This document shows positions 31,944 to 40,321 of a DNA stretch of 62,195 bases, piece after piece. The stretch is from Candidatus Melainabacteria bacterium GWF2_37_15 (GTDB lineage Bacteria > Cyanobacteriota > Vampirovibrionia > Gastranaerophilales > UBA9971), in the NCBI GenBank assembly GCA_001784565.1, contig MFRL01000086.1:1-62195 (forward strand). Reading direction: 5' to 3'. Every line of letters begins with the position of its first letter. The stretch's first letter is position 1. Both the position numbers and the translations under genes were made by a program. The notes under the pieces were generated by a model. It saw only the letters and a program-made list of their open reading frames with translations. It made no database searches and had not been told where the DNA came from.

Positions 31944-32787
31944 TTAATACAAATTCCGCAAACTTAATCCCTAAATCTTCACTAATATTTAAACTTTTAA
32001 GTGTTTCCATGTCTTCTTTTGTAGATGGGGTATTTATTTCTTCAAGAATTGTGAATTTTGTGGCCTTGAGCAGTTCAACAAATTCCTTATGCCTGATTCG
32101 ATTTTGATAATGAATTGGCGGATTTAACCATGCCCATTCCTTTTCAGAATATTTTAGAAAGTTATAATGAGATATCGACTTATCAAAATATGACCAGTGA
32201 TCCTGATAATCAATATTTAAGGAAAAAATACCGCCGGGTTTTAGAATTCTGTAACACTCATCTAAAACAGCAGGGATGTCTTTTGTCGGAATATGCTCAA
32301 AGGTAACGTTTGAGGCAATAAAATCCATTGAATCATCATCAAAACCAGTTTGTTTTGCGTTTTTGGGGGCTTCGTAGTGAATGCTAAATTTATCCCTGAG
32401 AACGCTGATTAAATTATCTGGGCGTAATTCTATATCATTTTTATAAGCGTAGACCTTTTCTATTGTGTCAGAAACCAATTCGGGTTTTATTAGCCTTTTA
32501 ATATCAATGATATTTAACCTATTAACGCCTAAAGAGTGCAATACCAATGGTGAAATCAAATCCCAGCCAGCCCCGAATTCGTAATAATTGACATAACCAG
32601 CAGGGCTAGCTGAAAACTTTTTGAAATTTTCATAATGTTTTCTTGCCATTTCTGCTTTTTCCAGGAATTTTTTCTTGCTTACAGGTAAGCTTTTTGTAAA
32701 ATGCCTTTGCAGCATATAATTAAGTTCCTGCCCGCCTGGAATACAGGAGCAAAACCATTGAAAACAGCATTTAGCAATAAAATTCAT
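31936..32787 (-). CDS. SAM-dependent methyltransferase
   Basis: YYEFGAGWD (motif I-like) and RILKPGGIFSLNID are present. Confidence 0.65.
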   Translation of the reverse strand: MNFIAKCCFQWFCSCIPGGQELNYMLQRHFTKSLPVSKKKFLEKAEMARKHYENFKKFSASPAGYVNYYEFGAGWDLISPLVLHSLGVNRLNIIDIKRLIKPELVSDTIEKVYAYKNDIELRPDNLISVLRDKFSIHYEAPKNAKQTGFDDDSMDFIASNVTFEHIPTKDIPAVLDECYRILKPGGIFSLNIDYQDHWSYFDKSISHYNFLKYSEKEWAWLNPPIHYQNRIRHKEFVELLKATKFTILEEINTPSTKEDMETLKSLNISEDLGIKFAEFVLTK

Positions 32788-33893
32788 AAGTTTTTATTGT
32801 CCTTAACAAATGTACAAAGCTTATTAATAAGATTTTCATTAATCCTACTGTGTGTGGGCAGGTTAACGATATGCGCCGCAGTGTATTCGGCGTTTGGGTA
32901 TTCGCCATAGTTGTAGTTCCATAGTTCATAGTTTGATGTCACAGGATGCAAGGGGGACAAAAACCAGTCCCCGATTTCCATTTGATGCTTTTGCGCTTTT
33001 TTAAGAAAAGCTGTCTTATTTTTCACCAGCACAGGAAATCTTAAGTAATTATGCTCAGGATAAAACGGCATATTAAGCTTTTTGGCGTACAATTCAGCAA
33101 TTTTTCTTCTGTCTGGTAAGTTTTTGAGCTCTTTTATGCCTCTTTTTGCCTGAAGGTTTGAAAATCCTTTTAAGAAATCATGGGGCATTACCGGCTTCTC
33201 AATTTCTTCTCCCTGAGACGAGCCAAGAATCAGGTTATATTTACTTAAAAACCTGTAAATATTTGTTATGAGCCAGTAGGTGCAGGAACTCATAAAAATA
33301 TCCCTGAATAAAAGCAAAAAGCCAAGGCTCCATACATCTTTAATTGCGGGAGGAATGGCCTGTGTCTCTATTTTCCTTAATTTTTCAGCTATTTTATCGT
33401 TTTTCGTAACAGCAATACCTCCCAAACCGGTGGAAAAAGGCTTGTTCCACTGGGTGGAATAAAACGCCGCATCTGCTACACTGCCGTTGGGTCTGCCTTT
33501 ATAATACCCACCGAAACCATGCGCGCAGTCCTCTATTACATAAAGATTATGTTTTTCAGCTATTTGCATTATAGAATCAAGGTCACTAGACATGCCAAAG
33601 ATATTTTGAGCAAGGATGGCTCTGGTTTTTGATGTTATTTTTTCTTCAATTTTATTAACATCAATATTATATGTTTCAAGGTCTATATCTACGTACACAG
33701 GCTTTGCATCCAGGTAAATTATTGCATTGGGCACAACTACACAGGTGAATGCAGGGACAATAACCTCATCGCCTTCCTGTATACCGATTGCCTTTAAAAT
33801 TGCATACAAGGCAACCCGCCCCTTCCAGAAAAACGTTATATTTTCCGTTGGTATTGAGGTTATTTCTTGAATTTTACGTTTAAATTCCTTCAT
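32784..33893 (-). CDS. DegT/DnrJ/EryC1-family aminotransferase (third copy)
   Basis: Motifs are GDEVIVPAFTCVVVPNAI, VIEDCAHGFGG, and YSTQWNKPFSTGLGG. The start is set at MKEFKRK. Confidence 0.8.
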   Translation of the reverse strand: MKEFKRKIQEITSIPTENITFFWKGRVALYAILKAIGIQEGDEVIVPAFTCVVVPNAIIYLDAKPVYVDIDLETYNIDVNKIEEKITSKTRAILAQNIFGMSSDLDSIMQIAEKHNLYVIEDCAHGFGGYYKGRPNGSVADAAFYSTQWNKPFSTGLGGIAVTKNDKIAEKLRKIETQAIPPAIKDVWSLGFLLLFRDIFMSSCTYWLITNIYRFLSKYNLILGSSQGEEIEKPVMPHDFLKGFSNLQAKRGIKELKNLPDRRKIAELYAKKLNMPFYPEHNYLRFPVLVKNKTAFLKKAQKHQMEIGDWFLSPLHPVTSNYELWNYNYGEYPNAEYTAAHIVNLPTHSRINENLINKLCTFVKDNKNL

Positions 33894-35052
33894 TGAACAG
33901 ATCCATATATTTTTGCGCCAGAACATCGTAGCCGTGATGTTTAATCACAAATTCCCTGCCGTTTTCACCCAGTTGATTTCTTTCTTCCACAGGCATATTG
34001 TATAATTCAAGGATTCCATCAACAATTGCACTTGGGGATTCCGGCTCTACAATTATACCGCAGTTTGCTAGTTCCACGGGATTGCAGGAAGTTTTTACAG
34101 AATACAAAATGGGCTTGCCGGAGTACATATAATCCGAAATTTTGTTCGCATAAACTCCGCCTTCATAGTATTTTTTCTTTTTCCAGCCGATATAGCACAC
34201 GTCAAACAGGTTTAGCATACTTTGAATTTGGGTCTTGTTAATTACATCAATAAAAGTTATGTTTTCCAGACCCTCAGCCTGTTTTAATAAATTATCCTTG
34301 TTTCCGCCCTTGCCTACAATCACGAAATGGATATCCTTTTTGTCTTTAATCATCTTAGCAGCGACTATTAGGTATTCCAGAGCGTTAGCAACTCCAAGCG
34401 TGCCTGTGTATCCGATTATAAACTTGTTTTTAGGGATCTGGTCGGCTGTGTGTTCTTCCAACGGTTCAATTTGTTTCATTTCATCAAGATCTATACCGTT
34501 TGGAATATATTTAAACTGATTATTAGGGTGCAGTGAAATGATGTTTTTAGATTTTTTATATCCCAACTCAATAAACCCCCTCATAAACAGAATAAAAGGA
34601 TGGTATTTAGGCATATTATTCAATTCAATCAAGACATCCGGCCAGGGGTCGCGGATTTCGAAAAACAACTGCGCTTTGTATTTTTTTGCCCATAAATACC
34701 CGTTCAAAATCGGGAAAGGGGAAGGCGAGGAAACAATGATGGTGTCGGGTTTTTCCAGTTTATTTGTATTCAGGGCGAACAGCTTCAGCATAAAAACCAG
34801 CATGTTTATTACCCTGCCTGCACTTACCGGATTTTTGTATTTGGGGATTTTTACCCAGGTGTAGTTAATGCCGTCAATCTCTTCAGATGTGGTTTCAGGA
34901 AGGTTTTTGTAAAGATGGGAATACGAACCGCTTATTATGTGGACTTTGTGGCCATTTTCAACGAATTTTTTTGCAAGGTAGTAATGCCTGAATTCCATAC
35001 CGTGATATGGGGAACCAGCGTATTGGTTAATGATCCAGATAGTTTTTGGCAT
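33880..35052 (-). CDS. Family 4 glycosyltransferase (WbuB-like)
   Basis: The N-terminus reads IWIINQYAGSPYHGMEFRHYYLAK.....GH.V.II. The C-terminal region is E..G-type. Confidence 0.85.
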   Translation of the reverse strand: MPKTIWIINQYAGSPYHGMEFRHYYLAKKFVENGHKVHIISGSYSHLYKNLPETTSEEIDGINYTWVKIPKYKNPVSAGRVINMLVFMLKLFALNTNKLEKPDTIIVSSPSPFPILNGYLWAKKYKAQLFFEIRDPWPDVLIELNNMPKYHPFILFMRGFIELGYKKSKNIISLHPNNQFKYIPNGIDLDEMKQIEPLEEHTADQIPKNKFIIGYTGTLGVANALEYLIVAAKMIKDKKDIHFVIVGKGGNKDNLLKQAEGLENITFIDVINKTQIQSMLNLFDVCYIGWKKKKYYEGGVYANKISDYMYSGKPILYSVKTSCNPVELANCGIIVEPESPSAIVDGILELYNMPVEERNQLGENGREFVIKHHGYDVLAQKYMDLFNEGI

Positions 35053-35072
35053 TAATAATATGATACTCTACC

Positions 35073-35495
35073 CTATGATTCCAGCAAGAATTTTTTTACT
35101 GCATTTTCATCTGACTTAAGCTTTTTCAAGAGTAAAATAGTTATTTCTTTATTTGCTATCAAACATTCAGCTACAAGATCAAATTCAGCATCAGTGATAT
35201 TATGAAATAACTTATCTATAATTTTCTCCGCCCTTTCCAAATGCTCTTTTTCTTCAGGGGAAAGTATCTGATTAAGGGAGGGATTGCCTTCTCCGGTTGT
35301 TATCCACTTAAAATTATAATTTTCATCCTTTAATTTATTAAGGATTTTTTCCGCTATATCATACGGAAATTTTGCTTGCTTTCCGGATTCAATACTATTA
35401 ATTCTGGAAAGTTTTTCTTCCAGCAAAGCGGCGAATTCTTTCTGGCTTAAACCAGTCCTGCTTCTTATATATTTTAGTCTTTTTGCTGTATTCAT
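35073..35495 (-). CDS. XRE-family HTH transcriptional regulator
   Basis: The protein starts RLKYIRSRTGLSQKEFAALLEEKLSRINSIESGK and contains the WITTGEG motif typical of cI/Cro-type regulators. It lies 20 nt upstream of the last glycan gene on the same strand. Confidence 0.8.
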   Translation of the reverse strand: MNTAKRLKYIRSRTGLSQKEFAALLEEKLSRINSIESGKQAKFPYDIAEKILNKLKDENYNFKWITTGEGNPSLNQILSPEEKEHLERAEKIIDKLFHNITDAEFDLVAECLIANKEITILLLKKLKSDENAVKKFLLES

Positions 35496-35524
35496 ATAAA
35501 AAATTAATCCTCAAGGAAAAACAC

Positions 35525-35553
35525 TTGACAAAACGGAAAATATACTTTAAAAT
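35525..35553 (+). promoter_or_regulatory. Near-consensus sigma70-type promoter
   Basis: TTGACA (35525-35530), a 17-nt spacer and TAAAAT (35548-35553) point toward the ORF at 35742. An imperfect inverted repeat taagttt...aaaactta lies just downstream. Confidence 0.45.
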
Positions 35554-35741
35554 AGAATAAAAGTTTTAAAAAGTCAAGGGGATGTAAGTTTAATTTCTCT
35601 GCGATATAAAATTTAAAACTTACAAAGAAGTTACTTAATGTAATTTAGCTTGTTCTAGTGCTTAGCGGAATGGCTCGGCGGTATCTTTTATCCTGAAAAG
35701 AAGAGAGAGTTAAGGAAGAGATCAACAAGGGGAGTTTTGGT

Positions 35742-36131
35742 ATGCTGAAGTGTTGTGGGGGCCTTATCAGGCCTAAGCGGTTTACTTTTACGGATGATGA
35801 CGGGCTTAAAGTCGTTAAAATCGGGTTTTGTGCAAATCCTAAGTGCGGGATTCCTGTCCTGGAAGTCGAGAGTGTCAGTCTTTTCGGCAGGGTAAAAAAG
35901 GAAGAGTACAAAGGAAAAAGAGCTAAGAAGTTTCTTGAAGCTAATAAGGTTAAATTCCTTGAAGAAAAACAGTATCGTCAATATAGACAAAATACGGCAA
36001 AGGGTTTTCATTATTCGAACAGTTATTGGGATTTAAAAGACAATAAAATCAAGGTTGAGTACCGTGAGCTTGCTACTGACCGGCTTGTTAAGCGGGAAAC
36101 GCTGGAGTTGAATGAATTGAAGGCAGGGTAG
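35742..36131 (+). CDS. Hypothetical protein with N-terminal Cys4 zinc-ribbon-like motif
   Basis: GGGGAG lies 7 nt upstream of the ATG. The motif is MLKCCGG...FCANPKCG. Confidence 0.5.
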   Translation: MLKCCGGLIRPKRFTFTDDDGLKVVKIGFCANPKCGIPVLEVESVSLFGRVKKEEYKGKRAKKFLEANKVKFLEEKQYRQYRQNTAKGFHYSNSYWDLKDNKIKVEYRELATDRLVKRETLELNELKAG

Positions 36132-36142
36132 CCGTAATATCA

Positions 36143-36601
36143 GGGTAGACACACGGGTCTGCCCCTACAGTTAAAAGGTGCAAAATGTACCTGTAATATT
36201 TAAATCCTGGCCGAGCGAGGCGGCGCAGCCGCCGTAGCGAGGCAAAAAAACAAATTCCCCTCCCTGGGGAGGGGCAGGGGTGGGGTTAAATGTTGTTATT
36301 CCAAGCTGTACAGATTGCCACGTTGGAGCATTGCCCCTCCTCGCAATGACAATGCAGCGTTATGATGCAAAAAGGGCAGACACAGTGCTAACGCACATCC
36401 TCCTGTCTGCCCCTACAAAATTGTTCATTAATAGCCGCGTGGGCTGAAGCCCACCCTATGCCCTACAAAACTCAGAATGATGACTATTGTTGTTTGCTGG
36501 AAAGATCCCGAAACAAGTTCGGGATGACGTAAAAAGGGCAGACACATGGGTCTGCCCCTACATATTATCGTTAATTGCCGGTGGGCTAAAGCCCACCCTA
36601 T
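36143..36601. repeat. Mosaic array of palindromic repeat modules (A x3, B x2, C, E/F, H)
   Basis: A (gggcagacaca.gggtctgcccctac) is at 36143-36168, 36374-36416 (expanded loop) and 36536-36561. B (gccgcgtgggctgaagcccaccctat) is at 36434-36459 and 36577-36601, and C (gatcccgaaacaagttcgggatgac) is at 36504-36528. The 80-nt E/F unit is at 36209-36288 and H is at 36311-36355. Confidence 0.75.
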
Positions 36602-36611
36602 TTAACTATTC

Positions 36612-37340
36612 TCAAGCTATTTGAGTTTTTGCATCTTCTCTTTTTGCATTTATGCTGGCATATTTTTCCGGAGTAAAATTATTTAAATTACACTTTCCAG
36701 TTGTATATTGTGGATCTTTTTGCATCTTTTGTATCTCATTTTGAATAGTATGGCTCCTGACTTGATCTTCTTTATCTAAATGACCGTCTGGGGCCATATC
36801 ATCATAAATCATATTGTAATACATTTTAGACTTTGCATTTTTTATATTGTCACACTTTTTTTCCTTACCATTATTTAAATCATACATAACTTCTTTAAGC
36901 GCTTCGATATAAGCTTCATCGCTTTCTCCTGCGCTAACTTCTCCTTCTGCGGCAGGAGCTTCCCCTGCTGCAGGAGCTGCTTCTTCTCCTGCGGCTGCTT
37001 CAGGAGCAGCTGCAGGAGCATCTTCAGCTTTATTAATTTTATCTAATTCATCAGGTGTCAATTTGCCGTCTTCTAAGGGTTCATATAACGCAGAAATATC
37101 TTTTTTTCCGAACATATCAGCGAAAAGTTTACCTACGCCAGTTTTATGCTCTTCTGTAGGATTTTCGCCCGCAAATCTACTAACAAAACTATCTGTTTCT
37201 TTTTTGTCAAGCTTACCATCCTTGCGCGCTTCTGCAAAAATACTATCTACTTCTTCTTTTTTAACTTCAGCTTTTTTAGTTTCCTTACTCTTTATGTCAA
37301 CTTCATTTGCCTGTTTTACACCCTTTACTCCATCTACCAT
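36612..37340 (-). CDS. Acidic hypothetical protein with an Ala/Glu/Pro low-complexity linker and three degenerate EF-hand-like loops
   Basis: The linker is APAAAPEAAAGEEAAPAAGEAPAAEGE. The loops are KDGKLDKKE, EDGKLTPDE and PDGHLDKED. Confidence 0.6.
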   Translation of the reverse strand: MVDGVKGVKQANEVDIKSKETKKAEVKKEEVDSIFAEARKDGKLDKKETDSFVSRFAGENPTEEHKTGVGKLFADMFGKKDISALYEPLEDGKLTPDELDKINKAEDAPAAAPEAAAGEEAAPAAGEAPAAEGEVSAGESDEAYIEALKEVMYDLNNGKEKKCDNIKNAKSKMYYNMIYDDMAPDGHLDKEDQVRSHTIQNEIQKMQKDPQYTTGKCNLNNFTPEKYASINAKREDAKTQIA

Positions 37341-37570
37341 AAATACCTCCTCTTAAAATATATACCTATACTCTCCAAATAAAAATAAATTACCTTATTA
37401 GTATAAAAACAAATTGAAGCTGGTAATTGCGAAAAGTATTATAGAGAGTACACGGAAAAATTTTGTAAAATAACTAAAATCTCTCGTATTAAGAGAAAAC
37501 CCGATTTGATATTTCTTAACATTTACATTAAAACGTAAATACTCAGCACCCTGCTGTCTGGATATAAACT

Positions 37571-37907
37571 GTGGGTCGGAGCCTGCACTGAGCGTAGCGT
37601 GAGTGACCCACTTAGATAGATTCTCACGTCGGGCGAAAACAAGATATACTGTTTTTATTCTTAGCTTTTCGTTCGCCCTCCTCAGAATGACAATACGGCG
37701 AGTAGTTCGGTGGGTTGACAACCCACCCAAAACTAAAGGCGGGGTAAGGTATTAGTTAATTGCCGCGTGGGCTTTAGCCTCCTCGCAATAACAATGCAAA
37801 GGGAATGGGCTTACATTCCACGTTGGATAGGCCCCGAATCAAGTCCGGGGCGACAGTGTTGGTGCGGGATGACATTAAATAGGGCAGACACATAGGTCTG
37901 CCCCTAC
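37571..37907. repeat. Second mosaic of palindromic modules
   Basis: It holds a gtgggtc...gacccac hairpin (37571-37611), a B variant ggtgggttgacaacccaccc (37709-37727), and a truncated B fused to cctcctcgcaataacaatgca (37762-37798). It also holds ttccacgttggataggccccgaatcaagtccggggcgac (37816-37854) and module A (37882-37907). Confidence 0.65.
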
Positions 37908-37956
37908 GATATTTATAAATCCGGCCAGGTAGGGTGTTTATGTTAATATAATTCTT

Positions 37957-38394
37957 ATGAATGAACTTGATATAATCGCTCCCTGCGGTTTAAACTGCTT
38001 AAAATGTATTAACAATAAAAACGGCAAAATAAAACTGCATGCGGATGAATTAAGCAGGCAACTTAATGGTTTTAGTAAATATGCTGAAAGATTTGCCGGG
38101 TTTGATGAAATTTTTACCAATTACCCGCAATTCGAAGCATTTTTACAGTTTTTAACACGAGTGGATTGCGAAGGGTGCAGGAAAAACGGGTGCAGGTTTG
38201 CCTTATGCAAGGTAAATGAGTGCTGTAAAGGAAAAGATATTGATTTTTGCTATGAATGTGAGGAGTTTCCTTGTGATAAGTCAGGATTTCCTGATGAACT
38301 GAAAAAAAGATGGGTAGGGTTCAATAGTAGAATAAAAGAGATTGGGCTGAAAGCGTTTATAGAAGAGACTAAAGACGCTCCAAGGTATAATTAA
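37957..38394 (+). CDS. DUF3795-like cysteine-rich protein
   Basis: The pattern is APCGLNCLKC...CEGCRKNGCRFALCKVNECCKGKDIDFCYECEEFPC. Confidence 0.7.
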   Translation: MNELDIIAPCGLNCLKCINNKNGKIKLHADELSRQLNGFSKYAERFAGFDEIFTNYPQFEAFLQFLTRVDCEGCRKNGCRFALCKVNECCKGKDIDFCYECEEFPCDKSGFPDELKKRWVGFNSRIKEIGLKAFIEETKDAPRYN

Positions 38395-38492
38395 ATGTAA
38401 ATTTTAGTAAACAAATCCGCAAAAAAAGGTTAACTTTTCTTTTCAGGAGTGTTTAGTAATCATCGAATAGCATTTAATTTAAAGGTTAAGTT

Positions 38493-38966
38493 ATGATTAC
38501 TTCTTTTACTCGCACTGTAACTCCGTATTTTGGCGTAATTATTGATGGTGAAGCGCAGGGGGCAATTAATGAGCAGAAAAAGACTCTTCAAAAGAACCCA
38601 TGGGCGTTAGAAAAATTAGAGCAAAGAGAAAATGATATAAGAAATTACAGGGCCGGCGATAAAAACGAGCCTAAGTTGGGTATTACCAGGCATTATCACG
38701 ATAAAGCTCTTACTAAATTTTGCTTAAAAGGCCCTGATTATGAACACTATGTGACCTTTGAAAACAAAGATGGCAAATTAACAGTGCCAACCGGAAAAGA
38801 AGTCGTAAGAAAAGATGAAAAGGCGCCTAGAAAAAAGGTAACTGCCAGCAAAGGCAGTACCCATGTTGATAGAAGCAGTGTTAAAGATAATAACGGTGAA
38901 AGCTGTTATAGTTATAGCAGCGGAAGGCCGATCTCAAGTCTTTTTATTCCAAAATCTGGTAAATAA
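38493..38966 (+). CDS. Hypothetical protein (157 aa)
   Basis: Clean ORF with a purine-rich aaagg segment upstream and no recognisable motif. Confidence 0.45.
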   Translation: MITSFTRTVTPYFGVIIDGEAQGAINEQKKTLQKNPWALEKLEQRENDIRNYRAGDKNEPKLGITRHYHDKALTKFCLKGPDYEHYVTFENKDGKLTVPTGKEVVRKDEKAPRKKVTASKGSTHVDRSSVKDNNGESCYSYSSGRPISSLFIPKSGK

Positions 38967-38984
38967 ACTTTTTTAGACGATTTT

Positions 38985-39148
38985 GGTGCGTGGTGCGCAC
39001 CATACAATATTTTAAATCTCGGCCGAGCGAGGCGGCGCAGCCGCCGTAGCGAGGCAAAAAAACAAATTCCCCTCCCTAGGGAGGGGCAGGGGTGGGGTTA
39101 TAGTTTGGATTCCACATTGGATAGATCCTGAAACAAGTTCAGGATGAC
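38985..39148. repeat. Third mosaic: D hairpin, 80-nt E/F unit, C module
   Basis: It holds ggtgcgcacc (38992-39001) and ttccacattggatagatcctgaaacaagttcaggatgac (39110-39148). The unit at 39021-39100 matches 36209-36288 at 79 of 80 positions by my alignment. Confidence 0.75.
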
Positions 39149-39265
39149 GTTTTGATGTGCGGGGTGACAATGGAGTTTACTCATTTTGGATTCTAATTTA
39201 TATGTGTTTTGCAAGCAGTTTGTCATGCAATGACCTGTTCCTGCTTTGGATGTTGGTTTTTGCTG

Positions 39266-40072
39266 TTATTTTTTATTTTCTGGTGTTTGAACTTTAATCT
39301 TCACCAGGGCAACATACTTAACTTCAGAAATAATATCTTCTTTATCTGCATCTTTTTTGCCGGGAGGCATATACACCGCTAGAACATAAGGCTTTTGCGG
39401 CGAGTTGATTTTAATTTCTTGCTGGACTACTGATATAGTGCTATTTTCTTCTTTTGTTGTTGATTTTGCATTATTTTTTTTCTTTGAAATTGAATCGAAG
39501 TTTCCTATTTTTGCATTTTTTATAAGTCTAAAATCAAGCTGTTCATTGTCAGGATTTTCATAAATTAAAGTTGTTTCTGCTACCAGCTTTTGTTTTGAGT
39601 TCGCAAGCTCAGCAGGGATTTCTATGTGATGAAGGTGTAGGGCATTATTCTTAATATTATTGCCTGGAAACAGAAAAATTTCTTCCTCTGCATTCGGTGC
39701 GGCCTGGACGGAGCGAACCAGGACAGTACTGGAATAAAGTATGCCACCAAGATTTGGGCTTGAAGCAATGGTTTGCAGCTCTTCAATTCCAATAGCTTTT
39801 TGTGGCGCAAATTCATATATTTGGTTCCAATTATCCATTATCAGGAGGCCGCCATTGCGGCTGCCACTATCAGCAAGTCCAGCATAAAATAGTGAACCAA
39901 CCACTGCGCATCCGTAGGGTATTAATGCCCATAGAGAAGTGCCGCTACTTCCTCCACCGGTTGGCGCTTCCAGAATATAATTTTGTCCTATACTCGCAAA
40001 TGCTTTTAACTGCGGCATTAAAAGCGCCTGGAAAATTAAAAATACAATAATAATTTTTTTAATTTTTTTCAT
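39266..40072 (-). CDS. Secreted hypothetical protein (signal peptide MKKIKKIIIVFLIFQALLMPQLKAFA)
   Basis: It has a typical Sec signal with an AFA-S cleavage-like site. I made no family call. Confidence 0.6.
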   Translation of the reverse strand: MKKIKKIIIVFLIFQALLMPQLKAFASIGQNYILEAPTGGGSSGTSLWALIPYGCAVVGSLFYAGLADSGSRNGGLLIMDNWNQIYEFAPQKAIGIEELQTIASSPNLGGILYSSTVLVRSVQAAPNAEEEIFLFPGNNIKNNALHLHHIEIPAELANSKQKLVAETTLIYENPDNEQLDFRLIKNAKIGNFDSISKKKNNAKSTTKEENSTISVVQQEIKINSPQKPYVLAVYMPPGKKDADKEDIISEVKYVALVKIKVQTPENKK

Positions 40073-40123
40073 ACGTTTCCCCTCTTCTAAATTAAATTTA
40101 TTGTAAATTTAATTTGCTCAAAG

Positions 40124-40146
40124 TAAATAAGCCGGTGCGCAATAGC
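40124..40146. repeat. D module hairpin ggtgcgcaatagcgcaccctac
   Basis: It is related to 48995-49016 (cgtgcgtaatagcgcaccttac) and 38985-39001. Confidence 0.55.
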
Positions 40147-40201
40147 GCACCCTACGATTGAACTAGCCGGAGGGGGTAAGGATTTTTGCTATCGAAAAAA
40201 T

Positions 40202-40274
40202 AGCCGGCAACGGGATTCGAACCCACGACCTGCGGTTTACGAAACCGCTGCTCTACCTGCTGAGCTATGCCGGC
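40202..40274 (-). tRNA. tRNA-Thr (anticodon CGU)
   Basis: The reverse complement is GCCGGCATAGCTCAGCAGGTAGAGCAGCGGTTTCGTAAACCGCAGGTCGTGGGTTCGAATCCCGTTGCCGGCT. It has anticodon loop TTCGTAA and a 7-bp acceptor stem. Confidence 0.88.
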
Positions 40275-40321
40275 ATAATTTTCTAATTTAATCATATACA
40301 AAAAATATTTAAGGTTAAACT

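Noticed and set aside
35645-36011. Track ORFs 35645-35911 and 35688-36011 (minus strand)
   Set aside because: They are antisense to, and overlap, the better-supported plus-strand ORF 35742-36131, which has an RBS and a promoter. Their composition is low-complexity Ser/Leu/Phe, typical of shadow frames.
37398-37730. Track ORF 37398-37730 (minus) and ORFs 37063-37356 and 37146-37382 (plus)
   Set aside because: The first is largely encoded by the palindromic repeat modules. The other two are antisense shadows of the 36612-37340 gene.
36132-39265. Possible CRISPR array, because of many short repeated palindromes separated by short unique stretches
   Set aside because: The repeats belong to at least seven different sequence families and occur in both orientations with irregular spacing. 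No uniform repeat-spacer periodicity or cas gene is present, so they fit REP/BIME-like mosaics instead.
40202-40274. tRNA-Thr as the attachment site of an intact prophage to its right
   Set aside because: The tRNA 3' end faces left, away from the structural genes. I found no integrase and no duplicated copy of the tRNA 3' segment elsewhere in the window. A nearby tagccgg match at about 40166 is only 7 nt long.
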